Source of the DNA: a virus
IMG/VR virus record: IMGVR_UViG_3300035698_004752
Coordinates: 5,704-69,703 of that record
Reading direction: 5' to 3' (one strand)
Length of the DNA: 64,000 nt
Shown here piece by piece: positions 49,555 to 58,861 of this stretch. Position 1 is the first letter of the stretch. The number at the start of each line of letters is the position of its first letter. A program made the translations under genes and the position numbers. The notes beneath the pieces were generated by a model. That model did no database searches, was not told the origin of the DNA, and saw nothing but the letters and a program-made list of their open reading frames with translations.

Positions 49555-49887
49555 AAAAAAGGAAAATATTATGAGCTTAACTAAACAGTTAGGTAAATTG
49601 GAAAAACGCAAAATCGTGTTAGAGCAAAAGGCTCCGCGAACTATGGCGGATCAAAGTGAACTTCTTCACTTGATAAATGAAATTAAGAAGATAAGAGAAT
49701 CCATTCTTAGACATAAGAGTGTATTTCACTAATTTGTTCTAGATAAAGCTGGTTGCTTTATCGTCGAACGGGTACCAGCGATAGGTATATAATGCAGCAA
49801 AGAGTAATTGCTAAAAAATTCTCAAACGTTGAAGCCGGTTACTGCGTTTTAAATTCAGTGCTCACCACACATTACCGGATAAAATTT

Positions 49888-49962
49888 GGGCCTAGTTTAT
49901 GGGGTAACGGCAGATCCTTGCAAGATCCGCGTCAGAGAGTTCGATTCTCTCTAGGTCCACCA
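49888..49962 (+). tRNA. tRNA-Ala (TGC), reduced D arm
   Basis: G3-U70, loop ctTGCaa, CCA. Confidence 0.75.
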
Positions 49963-49968
49963 AATAAC

Positions 49969-50043
49969 GGGACGCTGGTGTCAACGGGAACACGTCTGCT
50001 TTGCAAGCAGAAGTTCAGGGTTCGATTCCCTGGCGCTCCACCA
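49969..50043 (+). tRNA. tRNA-Ala (TGC)
   Basis: G3-U70, tctgc-ttTGCaa-gcaga, CCA. Confidence 0.9.
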
Positions 50044-50205
50044 ATAGAATTAGGAAGTACAGGTGCACCTTGATAGGTGTGGTTAATATCCCTTATCCCT
50101 GTTGGGGTTAAGAGTAACACGAGCTTAGGGGCTCAGGTTCAATTCCACTCGCTTCCTTTAAAGTTTTTCAGCTTATTTTCTTCAAAAAAAATTGCGTCAA
50201 ATTAT

Positions 50206-50280
50206 TCTCCGCTGGTCTAATGGCAGTGACGCTGGGCTTTGGTCCCGGAGTTCGAGGTTCGAATCCTCGGCGGAGATCCA
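50206..50280 (+). tRNA. tRNA-Gln (TTG)
   Basis: U1-A72, loop ctTTGgt, CCA. Confidence 0.9.
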
Positions 50281-50298
50281 AACATATAAAGGTTTATT

Positions 50299-50541
50299 AT
50301 GAAATTACGTGAATTAGGTACTATCATCTCTGGTGAAGTTAAATCTCGCAGAGTCTTTCTTGAAGAACTAAAAGAAGAACTTGAAAAAGAAGGTTTGGAA
50401 GTATTAGAGATTTCAGAAAGTGATATGGAATGTCGATGGTGTACGGTCAAAAGAAGTGAAGGAAGAATCACTCCTATGACTAGAAATCTATTTAATAATA
50501 TTCGTGATACACCAACAATAAAAGAGTTTATAGCGGGTTAG
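50299..50541 (+). CDS. Hypothetical protein
   Basis: RBS aaagg; between tRNAs. Confidence 0.6.
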   Translation: MKLRELGTIISGEVKSRRVFLEELKEELEKEGLEVLEISESDMECRWCTVKRSEGRITPMTRNLFNNIRDTPTIKEFIAG

Positions 50542-50629
50542 AGAAGTGGTCACAGGCTACGACAAAGTAGTTCATCTCATCAGGTTCATGACCTGAAGAT
50601 CGTAGGTTCGAATCCTACATCCGCAACCA
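50532..50629 (+). tRNA. tRNA-fMet-like (CAT) with hairpin inserted in D loop
   Basis: 1:72 mismatch, tcagg-ttCATga-cctga, extra ctac-gacaaa-gtag hairpin. Confidence 0.75.
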
Positions 50630-50816
50630 GTTACGCTGTCCTTGGTAAGGTCTCCTGCCGATTAAGGTAGAGAGTGGGTCGGTTCGATTCCGAACGTATG
50701 GATAAAGTCGGTTCGAATCCGGCCAGCGAATTCAATTAATGGCAGTTAGATAAGAAGTTCAGATGCGCAATGGTCACTACGGCCTATAAAAATGAACTCG
50801 CCATTGATCAATATTT

Positions 50817-50892
50817 GCCTCAATGATGGAATGGTATACATACGCTTCTGAGGAATGCGGTTCTCTGGGTTCGAGTCCCAGTTGAGGTACCA
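50817..50892 (+). tRNA. tRNA-Leu (GAG), short variable loop
   Basis: Loop ctGAGga, CCA. Confidence 0.85.
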
Positions 50893-51058
50893 AACAAAGG
50901 AAATTTTATGGCTAATAGAACTTCAAGACATCAAAATCCTGGTGATAAAAACCTTAAAGGTAAAAAATCTAAAGGATATTGTATTTGTTGCGATGATGTT
51001 ATCAACCATAAAGAAAAGATCTTGAAAGAGATAGACGAAAAAGAAATGAAACAATATT

Positions 51059-51141
51059 GCTCCAGTGGTGGAATGGTAGACACATCGGCCTTAGTACCCG
51101 ATGCCTAGTGCGTGAGAGTTCGAATCTCTCTTGGAGTACCA
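51059..51141 (+). tRNA. tRNA-Leu (TAG)
   Basis: Loop ctTAGta, variable arm, CCA. Confidence 0.88.
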
Positions 51142-51250
51142 AAGTTTGCGATAGCATAATATTTGAATTAATTTCATTTAGGGGGTTTAAATTTAGTATT
51201 TAACCCTTACTTATATAGTATCAAAGAGACAAACAAAAGGATATTATATT

Positions 51251-51538
51251 ATGGGTAAATTAACTCAAGAAGAAAACTTTCAGCTTTCAAAATTGTTCAG
51301 CAAAATGGACAGCGATGATATTAGCTCGGTTTATACTCTAGCGAAATCAGCTCGCGGTCGATTGGATATGATGAAATCGGTTTCACTATATGTTGGTCAA
51401 CCAGTTTCGTTTGTTGGAAAACGTAAGGTTATCGTGAAAGGTAAAATTACTAAAGTTAACACAAAAACCGTTAAAGTTCAAGCCGAAAGCGGCGTTCTAT
51501 GGACAGTTTCAACATCATTGATCAAAACTGAGGACTAA
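51251..51538 (+). CDS. SH3-like hypothetical early protein
   Basis: VGQPVSF...GKITKVNTKTVKV...WTVS; follows promoter cassette. Confidence 0.7.
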   Translation: MGKLTQEENFQLSKLFSKMDSDDISSVYTLAKSARGRLDMMKSVSLYVGQPVSFVGKRKVIVKGKITKVNTKTVKVQAESGVLWTVSTSLIKTED

Positions 51539-51995
51539 TATGGGACTTCAAATAAACGTATATGATGACTCTTATGCAAAATATTTGCCTGATGATGTCG
51601 TTAGATTTATTAATGAGAATGCCCCATTTCCTCTTTCTTTTAAAATGGTTTATGAAAATTGGCTTGTACTGGGTGAAAGTGATAAGAAAATTATTCAGTT
51701 TATAAAAGCTATATTTTTAGAGGATGCTCAAATGACATATGGGGATGATTACCCATTTGAAACTGCATTCTATCTAAAATCATGACTGAGAGAGAATTAG
51801 CCCCAACATTTTCAGAATTATATGTTGAGGCACTTGAAAGACTTCCGGATGATTATCCGGACTTAGCAAGAATGAAAAGTCACTGGACACACGTTGGAAG
51901 AGATAATTTCTCATTAACAAATCCAAAATATCGTGATAAATGTAAGAAAGAAATTGATGATCATATCAATAAACTTTTAAAGAAACATAATCAAT

Positions 51996-52087
51996 TGCCG
52001 TAGGTGTTGGTACACATGGAGGTTTTATAAACCTTTAAGCCCCAGATTAGGGTTCTAGATAAGGTTCAAATCCTTATACGGCGACCA
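51996..52087 (+). tRNA. tRNA-Ile (TAT) with long variable arm
   Basis: gaggt-ttTATaa-acctt; taagg-ttcaaat-cctta; CCA. Confidence 0.75.
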
Positions 52088-52387
52088 AAAAGGACTATAT
52101 TATGTCGGATGAAATCAAAATTAAAGTAACCGAAGAAACTGTTGATGATTGGATCTGTGGGATATTTGATGAAGATGACTATGAATTTAGCACTAACGAA
52201 TTAGCTATAGTAAGACAAAATGTTATTGATCAAGTAAAGGGTGAAATCCAGGATAATTTCTTGAACGATGTTTACCAATATCTTGATAAAAATGCTGTAC
52301 TGCAAGGTTCAGGATATAAAGGCAACGAAGAAGAATCTTTTCCCGATCCTGAATGGGATCCGGTTGAGAAGATTTTCAAATACTAAT

Positions 52388-52460
52388 CCTTGGTCCAGCG
52401 GAACTGGTGACGAGCTTACGAAGCCTGTTTAAGGGAGTTCAACTCTCCCACTGAGGTCCA
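52388..52460 (+). tRNA. tRNA-Arg (ACG), atypical second copy
   Basis: Loop ttACGaa, weak anticodon stem, CCA. Confidence 0.65.
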
Positions 52461-52465
52461 TATAT

Positions 52466-52539
52466 TGGGGAATATTTTAACGGTAGAAACGTAGACTCTG
52501 ACTCTATTAGTCCAGGTTCGAATCCTGGTTCCTCAGCCA
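52466..52539 (+). tRNA. tRNA-Gln (CTG)
   Basis: gtaga-ctCTGac-tctat, CCA. Confidence 0.9.
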
Positions 52540-52543
52540 ATAT

Positions 52544-52627
52544 GCTCGTATGATGGAATGGTAGACATAGCAGCCTCAAACACTGTGGCCGTAAGGTGTG
52601 AGAGTTCGAATCTCTCTACGAGTACCA
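52544..52627 (+). tRNA. tRNA-Leu (CAA)
   Basis: Loop ctCAAac, variable arm, CCA. Confidence 0.88.
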
Positions 52628-52897
52628 AACAAAGGATTATATTATGAATTGTTATAAGATAAGATCTAAGAAAGAGATTAGAGATAAACTCGCAGCAGAA
52701 GCAGATCCTAGATGGCCTATCCCAGAATTTTGGGGAGTAATGAATACCGGGAGGGATATGTGGGACACCGCTGGCGGCGCAAGCAAAGCACTAAAAGCTA
52801 GTGGTTATCACCGCGGTCAAAGTTTAACAGATTTTGAAATTGTTGAGTTCGACTTAGTTGCAACGGGAAAAACAATTCCTATTAAGGTTAAGAAATC

Positions 52898-53242
52898 ATG
52901 AACGCTCTTAAGATGACAAAAGAATTAGTTGACTATTATCCATGTAGAATACATGACAAGGGTCCAGGTGCATGGGGCGTCAGATCACACGACGACTTCG
53001 AACAATATCTAGAAGGCGGCAAAGCAGCAGCATATGTTGCAGCCAATCTTTTAAATGGATTACCTGCTCAAGCGGATCTAATTAATTTTGTGACAGATCC
53101 AAAAGAAATTCACGATCTTGCCTCGATAACACGAGTAGAAGTCATTGATAAAACTGGCAGAGCTTATACGAACATGAAAGCTGAGAACGTCTCGCTTTCA
53201 TTCCAAGACGACAATCGCACTCTCAAAGTGTTTATTGATTAG
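52898..53242 (+). CDS. Hypothetical protein
   Basis: TRVEVIDKTGRAY...SFQDDNRTLKVF. Confidence 0.65.
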   Translation: MNALKMTKELVDYYPCRIHDKGPGAWGVRSHDDFEQYLEGGKAAAYVAANLLNGLPAQADLINFVTDPKEIHDLASITRVEVIDKTGRAYTNMKAENVSLSFQDDNRTLKVFID

Positions 53243-53258
53243 GAAACAAAATGATTAT

Positions 53259-53334
53259 GTCCCGGTCGACTAGTGGTCTAGGTCGCCTCCCTCTCAAGGA
53301 GGAAACGCGGATTCGAATTCCGTTCGGGGCTCCA
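53259..53334 (+). tRNA. tRNA-Glu (CTC)
   Basis: cctcc-ctCTCaa-ggagg, CCA. Confidence 0.9.
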
Positions 53335-53542
53335 GAAAGGAATATATTATGGCTGATTTAAAATCATCAGAAGATTGGCACAAAGAGCCAAAATACAATA
53401 AAATTGTTATAATGGATCCAGACGGTTGGAACCGAAAAGATTATAAAAATAGTTGGGCGGAAGAAATTTCACGCGATGAATTCGAACAAAGAGTTGGATT
53501 ATCAACGTGCAGTTACCCTGCCGGATTTTTTGAGCAATATAA

Positions 53543-53617
53543 ATCCGCATAGTTCAGGGGAAGAACGCTTCGTTGACATCGAAGAGGTCGCTGGTTCAAT
53601 TCCAGCTGCGGATACCA
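53543..53617 (+). tRNA. tRNA-Val (GAC)
   Basis: cttcg-ttGACat-cgaag, CCA. Confidence 0.92.
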
Positions 53618-53622
53618 AAAAC

Positions 53623-53696
53623 GCTTGCATAGTATAAAGGGATTACGCTCCTTTGGTAAGGGAGAAACGATGGATCGATACCATCTGTGAGCACCA
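53623..53696 (+). tRNA. tRNA-Thr (GGT)
   Basis: ctcct-ttGGTaa-gggag, CCA. Confidence 0.9.
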
Positions 53697-53711
53697 TTAG
53701 AAAGTTACATC

Positions 53712-54266
53712 ATGAAACCCTTATTTATGAGCTCTCTACCGTTTATTGTAGACATAGATGAAATCCTAAGACTTCATAAGCTCGTGAGAGAGTACGTAGG
53801 TAAAGAAAACGAATTACAAATAGCAATTACCTGTCGTGATAGATCGATAGATCCACTAGAACAACTAATAAGTACTAGTGGTGGTCTTGGCGGGAATTTT
53901 AAAGCCGATACGTGGGAAGATGGACTTCGACTAGAATCAGAATGTAAAGATCTCTGTTCCTGGTATGATGGTACATATATAGAAGATCTTTATAATGAAT
54001 TATCTAAACACTTTATTCTTGGTAGAACAAGATTTATGTTGATGAAATCAAAATATTGTTACACTATGCATCGAGATGCTACACCAAGATTTCATATACC
54101 AGTTTTGACCGATAAAGATGCAGTAATGTTTGATAATGAATATACACCACATAAACTAAATATTAATAGACTTTATACCATTGACACGACTAGACAGCAT
54201 ACCGCTGCTAATTTTAGCCGTCAAGAAAGATTACATATTGTTGGAGGTTTTCGTAACCATGGATAG
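53712..54266 (+). CDS. Asp/Asn beta-hydroxylase-like 2OG-Fe(II) oxygenase
   Basis: GRTRFMLM..CYTMHRD..RFHIP...DTTRQHTAAN...RLHIV. Confidence 0.75.
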   Translation: MKPLFMSSLPFIVDIDEILRLHKLVREYVGKENELQIAITCRDRSIDPLEQLISTSGGLGGNFKADTWEDGLRLESECKDLCSWYDGTYIEDLYNELSKHFILGRTRFMLMKSKYCYTMHRDATPRFHIPVLTDKDAVMFDNEYTPHKLNINRLYTIDTTRQHTAANFSRQERLHIVGGFRNHG

Positions 54267-54457
54267 TAAAAGCGCTAATATAATTCGAGATGCTCTAAGA
54301 GAACTCTTGTATGAGCCTACATCCAAACACATCAAAGATGTCATTACCACCTGTCGTGATCGTGGTGATTACGTTACAGAAAAAGAAATAGATATAATCG
54401 TAAATGAAGTATTTTGGGAAAATGAAAGAGAGCGAAACTCATGAGTCTTAAACAAAT

Positions 54458-54546
54458 GGAGAGTGAAGGGGTCAGGTGACCTTGCTCGCTTGGAAAGCTA
54501 AGTGCTGGCGATAGTCAGTGGATTTCGATTATCCCGTTCTCCTCCA
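54458..54546 (+). tRNA. tRNA-Ser (GGA), 8/4 fold
   Basis: ggagagtg/cgttctcc; ggat-ttcgatt-atcc; long variable arm; U73. Confidence 0.8.
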
Positions 54547-54874
54547 GAAAGGTTATATTATGGTTAAACAAATATATTATAGAATTTCAGATGAATATGG
54601 AAGCACATGGTATCCATTAAATCCAACTGGTAAATGTAAAAAAATTACTGGTGGACCTAATAATGATGATAATGGAATTTATCATCAACATCAATTAGGC
54701 GGAAGATACCTTGGCAGAAGCGGACCCAAAATCTGGATCCATGAAAGGGATCTTAAATGGTTTGATGTTCGTAAAGTAGAAATATTTAATTATGATATAC
54801 ATCGAATTAAATCAAAATAGGGGGTTTAAATTCAAAAATAAACCCTTACTTATATAGTATCAAAAGGAGATACT

Positions 54875-55102
54875 ATGACTATTCGTTCTAAAAGTGAAAA
54901 CAAAGAAATCGTAATCGACCTAACTGGTCCTGACGGCAACGCATTCGTTCTGTTAGGATATGCAAAAGGCTTTGCAAGAGATGTTGGATTCGATGAAGAA
55001 ACCACCAACACAATTCTCGAAAGAATGAAATCGAGTGATTATGAAAACTTGATTAAAACGTTCGATGAGTATTTTGGTGATTTCGTGGTACTAGAACGAT
55101 GA
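54875..55102 (+). CDS. Conserved phage hypothetical protein
   Basis: IDLTGPDGNAFVLLG...SDYENL..FD.YFG. Confidence 0.75.
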   Translation: MTIRSKSENKEIVIDLTGPDGNAFVLLGYAKGFARDVGFDEETTNTILERMKSSDYENLIKTFDEYFGDFVVLER

Positions 55103-55346
55103 TCGATGTATCTAAATTTAAATATGTGACTGAGGACTTCAACAGTAAAAGTTGGATTATTAGTACACATGAAAAATACGAAGATGGACAAACTATTAGA
55201 ATTGCTTTTGCAACTGCAGAAACGGAACAACTTGCTTATCAGGTATTTCATCTTATTACAACATATTCAAATATTGCGTACAATGTTGGTAAAGAACATG
55301 GACGCGAGGATATGCAAAAGGATCTACGTGAAACGTTAGGGATAAA

Positions 55347-55700
55347 ATGAAATTCGATTTTCCAGTAATCTTTGATCAAGAACCTACAGCTGAACTTCTT
55401 GTTCAATATGGCTGCAATGGCGGCAAATATGGCCGGATTGGTCTTAGAATTGCTAAAAAATCATATATGCGAGTTCGTCTTGCAGGTGAGCAGAATTGGA
55501 AATGTTGCTGGTGTGGTATAGATACTATTCCCGAAAACAAAAAATCTAATTCAGCAACAATCGAACATGTAATCGTCCAATGTGAGGGTGGTACAGACGA
55601 TTGGGAAAACCTTGCAAGTGCTTGTAATAAATGTAACAACAAGCGTGGCTCAAAGCCCGCAGAAGAGTTTATGAATGGAATGCTTCAAAATAAGGGATAG
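55347..55700 (+). CDS. HNH endonuclease
   Basis: CCWCG, ATIEHV..GGTD..NLASACNKCNNKRG. Confidence 0.9.
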   Translation: MKFDFPVIFDQEPTAELLVQYGCNGGKYGRIGLRIAKKSYMRVRLAGEQNWKCCWCGIDTIPENKKSNSATIEHVIVQCEGGTDDWENLASACNKCNNKRGSKPAEEFMNGMLQNKG

Positions 55701-55867
55701 AGTAACCCAGCAATGGTGTGCAACATCTTCTAATAGAACCCTTTGGGAAACCGAATTTGGGGCAAAACAAGCAATCTCGTATTTCGTGAGAATTACGTCA
55801 GGTTCAATGAAAGAGGATTTCGAGGCTGTACCGTTTCAGATGGTAGAACAACCGATTTTCGATTAAT

Positions 55868-55942
55868 GCAGGTGTAGTATAATGGCTATTACGACTGGTT
55901 GCCAATCAGTAGACGAGGGATCGATACCCTTCACCCGCTCCA
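55868..55942 (+). tRNA. tRNA-Gly (GCC)
   Basis: actgg-ttGCCaa-tcagt, U73, CCA. Confidence 0.92.
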
Positions 55943-56327
55943 AAAAGGATTTATTATGAAACGTGAAGTCACACACTTTAAAAAATCTAAATCAGATCCA
56001 AGTAAATCTGAGGTAACTATTACCACACATCCTAATTGGTTTTTTAAATTGCTCGGTTATAAACCAACAGATCAATGGGTTTTAGGTGAATATTGGGAGT
56101 GGAGATATTTTCCTTCCGGAATTGAAACCGACATGGAAACTAGGCGTTTTATTAATAGGACGACTGAAGAAATTACAGCCAAACGTGAATTCGATATTCT
56201 CGCATCGCAGAATAAAGAGAAAATGAATGATTATTGGACCCCTGGACAAAAATAGGGGGTTTACATCCCTTACGTTATATTGTACAATACTATTATAAAT
56301 TAATCGGTGGGAATAAAGGAATATAAA

Positions 56328-56813
56328 ATGAATAAGATGATTATACCAATATTTAGGAACCTCGTTTTTCATACTTGCATCATCACCGGCGCCGCTTTAG
56401 TTCTATCAGCATGCGCTCCAAAAGGTGCGTGTAGTAATTTAGATACTGTTCCAATGTACACTAAAGAAGGTTTTTTGATTAAAGATGATCAAGCATGTCT
56501 TCTACCACCAGGTGTGGTACATGTGCCAGGAACACCAACCGTTCCAGGAACACCAACTGTACCAGGAACACCAACCGTTCCAGGAACACCAACTGTACCA
56601 GGAACACCAGGAACACCAACTGTGCCAACTGTGCCAGAAGTTCCGGTTATTATCATTATAGATGATAAGGTTAAGGAAAACAATGGCTTTGGTAATTGTG
56701 ATCAGAATGCCCCAGGTAATTCAGAACACAATAACAACGCAGAAAATGCCGGAGGAAATCACAACGGTGAATCCGAAGGACCAGGTAAATCAACAGCAAA
56801 ATGTGAGGACTAA
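56328..56813 (+). CDS. Lipoprotein with PGTPTV tandem repeats
   Basis: Lipobox VLSAC; 18-nt repeats 56526-56640; NNGFGN..Q.APGNS. Confidence 0.75.
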   Translation: MNKMIIPIFRNLVFHTCIITGAALVLSACAPKGACSNLDTVPMYTKEGFLIKDDQACLLPPGVVHVPGTPTVPGTPTVPGTPTVPGTPTVPGTPGTPTVPTVPEVPVIIIIDDKVKENNGFGNCDQNAPGNSEHNNNAENAGGNHNGESEGPGKSTAKCED

Positions 56814-57017
56814 ATTATGATGACATTCGTCATGGCTCTTATAGGCTTAGGCCTATTCGCATGGATCTTTGTGATGGGTGTCGAAGCTCTCGCTAAAAGA
56901 TTTAAAAACCAAACACCAGAGCGATTTATATACACCTCGTATGTTGATTCTGACGGCGAACAAAAACCGTTTGTTATCGATATTAAAGACATTGGTATAT
57001 CTCACGACTAAAGAATA

Positions 57018-57109
57018 TGGATTATTTCAGCAAACAATTTTAGCAGGTTCAATCCCTGCTTTTCGAGCCAAAACTTTCGAAAAGTTCAGCCCACGGTGGG
57101 CATAATCCA
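57018..57109 (+). ncRNA. CAGCAA-handle RNA 3 (YrlA-like order: T arm, closed acceptor stem, D-like arm)
   Basis: tggattat/ataatcca; gcagg-ttcaatc-cctgc; ttttcga-GCCAaaactt-tcgaaaa; gccca-cgg-tgggc. Confidence 0.8.
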
Positions 57110-57125
57110 GTACATTATGAAACAT

Positions 57126-57176
57126 TGGTTTGTTTCAGCAACTAAATTTTCTTGAAACGAAAACAAAATCAAACCA
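57126..57176 (+). ncRNA. CAGCAA-handle RNA 4 with anticodon-like hairpin (GAA)
   Basis: tggtttg/caaacca; ttttc-ttGAAac-gaaaa. Confidence 0.75.
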
Positions 57177-57192
57177 GAATAGGAATATAATT

Positions 57193-58629
57193 ATGAATAC
57201 TTTCGCAAACGCCGTTTCTAACTTTGACTACAACACTGTTGCACGTACAAAGAACGGAATGAAGTCACCAAAGAACACTTCCTCAAATGTTCTAGATCTT
57301 TTCGGTAAGGCAGGTTCTGCCCGTGGTAAGGATATTAGTCAGTCATTTGTAGCATCTTTCGGTGAAGACCCAGCACTTACACTTCGTGTATTGATGTGGG
57401 CTCGAGATATTCGCGGTGGAGCCGGTGAGCGTCAGACCTTCCGTACTCTTCTTGCTGGACTTGAAAAGTCTAATCCAGTCGCAGCTGGTAGCATCATGCA
57501 CAAGATTCCGTTGCTTGGACGTTGGGACGACTTGTTCGTTTACCAGGATTCAACTAACCGTAGTGCAGCAATCGCAATGATTGCGGAAGCACTCGATGAC
57601 GGAAACGCACTCTGCGCTAAGTGGATGCCACGTAAGGGTAAGGTTGCAGTAGAGCTCACTAAGGCTTTCGATCTTTCCCCTCGTCAGTACCGTAAGCTAA
57701 TCGTTGGTCTAACTAACGTTGTTGAAACTGATATGTGTGCAAAGAACTGGGATAAGATTAATTTCTCACACATCCCATCACTTGCATCTGCTCGTTACCA
57801 GAAGGCATTTGGACGAAACGCGTCTGAGGCATACTCTGCCTACATTCACGATCTTCAGAAGCCTGTAGCCGAGCGTTCTAACCCTAAGGTTAAGATCAAT
57901 GCAGGAGCAGTATACCCATACGATATTGTTAAGTCAGTAGGTAAGGGTAATGCGGCAGTAGCAGACGAACAGTGGAAGGCATTGCCTAACTTCATTGGTA
58001 ACTCGAAGATCTTCCCAATGGTTGATGTTTCTGGTTCAATGGGTTCACTTGGTTGGGATTATGGTGGCAACACTGGACCTTCACCAATTCTCGCAGCGGT
58101 TTCCCTCGGTCTCTACTGTGCAGATAAGAACCAGGGTGCATTCAAGGACTTGTTCTTGACATTCAGTGGCTCACCAGAAATCGTTAATTTGAAGGGTACT
58201 CTTTCAGAGAAGATGAAGCAGATGTCTACCGCTAATTGGCAGATGAATACTAACCTCAACGCTGCAATGGATCACATCCTAAATGTAGCTGTTAAGGGAC
58301 GTACTCACCCAGCTGATATGCCAGAGGTTCTTTTGATTCTTTCTGATATGCAGTTCGACCGTTGCGTAAAGCACGACGACTCCGCTCTTCAGATGACAGC
58401 TCGTAAGTTCATCAATGCCGGATACAACATGCCTCGCGTGGTTTTCTGGAACTTGAATGCTTCTTACGCAGATGACAATGCGCCAGTTAAGTTTGATCAG
58501 CGTGGAACAGCTCTAGTTTCTGGGTTCAGCCCAGCTATTATGAAGTCTGTTCTTGCAAACGATCTAGAGGACTTCACCCCTTACAACGTAATGTTGAAGA
58601 CTCTTAATAACACACGTTACGACCTTTAA
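57193..58629 (+). CDS. DUF2828-type TROVE/Ro60-like helical protein with C-terminal VWA domain
   Basis: WARDIRGGAGER, GRWDD, CAKWMPR, MIDAS VDVSGSM, LILSDMQFD, VFWNL, VSGFSP; ATG 57193 after agga. Confidence 0.85.
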   Translation: MNTFANAVSNFDYNTVARTKNGMKSPKNTSSNVLDLFGKAGSARGKDISQSFVASFGEDPALTLRVLMWARDIRGGAGERQTFRTLLAGLEKSNPVAAGSIMHKIPLLGRWDDLFVYQDSTNRSAAIAMIAEALDDGNALCAKWMPRKGKVAVELTKAFDLSPRQYRKLIVGLTNVVETDMCAKNWDKINFSHIPSLASARYQKAFGRNASEAYSAYIHDLQKPVAERSNPKVKINAGAVYPYDIVKSVGKGNAAVADEQWKALPNFIGNSKIFPMVDVSGSMGSLGWDYGGNTGPSPILAAVSLGLYCADKNQGAFKDLFLTFSGSPEIVNLKGTLSEKMKQMSTANWQMNTNLNAAMDHILNVAVKGRTHPADMPEVLLILSDMQFDRCVKHDDSALQMTARKFINAGYNMPRVVFWNLNASYADDNAPVKFDQRGTALVSGFSPAIMKSVLANDLEDFTPYNVMLKTLNNTRYDL

Positions 58630-58649
58630 TTAGGTCGTTTCGATTAATT

Positions 58650-58841
58650 TGGATGGTTTCAGCAACAAATTTTGCATTCGGAGCCGTAGATGCAGTGTTC
58701 GAATCCTGCATCCCTCACCATGAATATAGTATGATAACTCGTTATACCCACTGGGTCTGCAGCCTTGACGCTAAAGGGTGAACTTACTATATTCTTGCTG
58801 AGGGATTAGCTTAATGGTAAAGCAACGTAAACCTCCATCCA
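58650..58841 (+). ncRNA. CAGCAA-handle RNA 5 containing a circularly permuted tRNA (probable TCG)
   Basis: tggatgg/ccatcca; T arm-ATCCCTC-A-CCA (58720) precedes GAGGGAT (58800) and D arm tagcttaatggtaaagc. Confidence 0.8.
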
Positions 58842-58861
58842 GTTATCAACAAGGGTGAATA

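Noticed and set aside
44693-50120. Many short ORFs on either strand overlapping tRNAs (e.g. 44958, 46164, 46092, 46636, 47501, 49753)
   Set aside because: Shadow frames across tRNA/ncRNA genes with no RBS
57130-57192. N-terminal extension of the DUF2828-type ORF in the ORF track
   Set aside because: The TTG start lies inside handle RNA 4; ATG 57193 has a proper RBS
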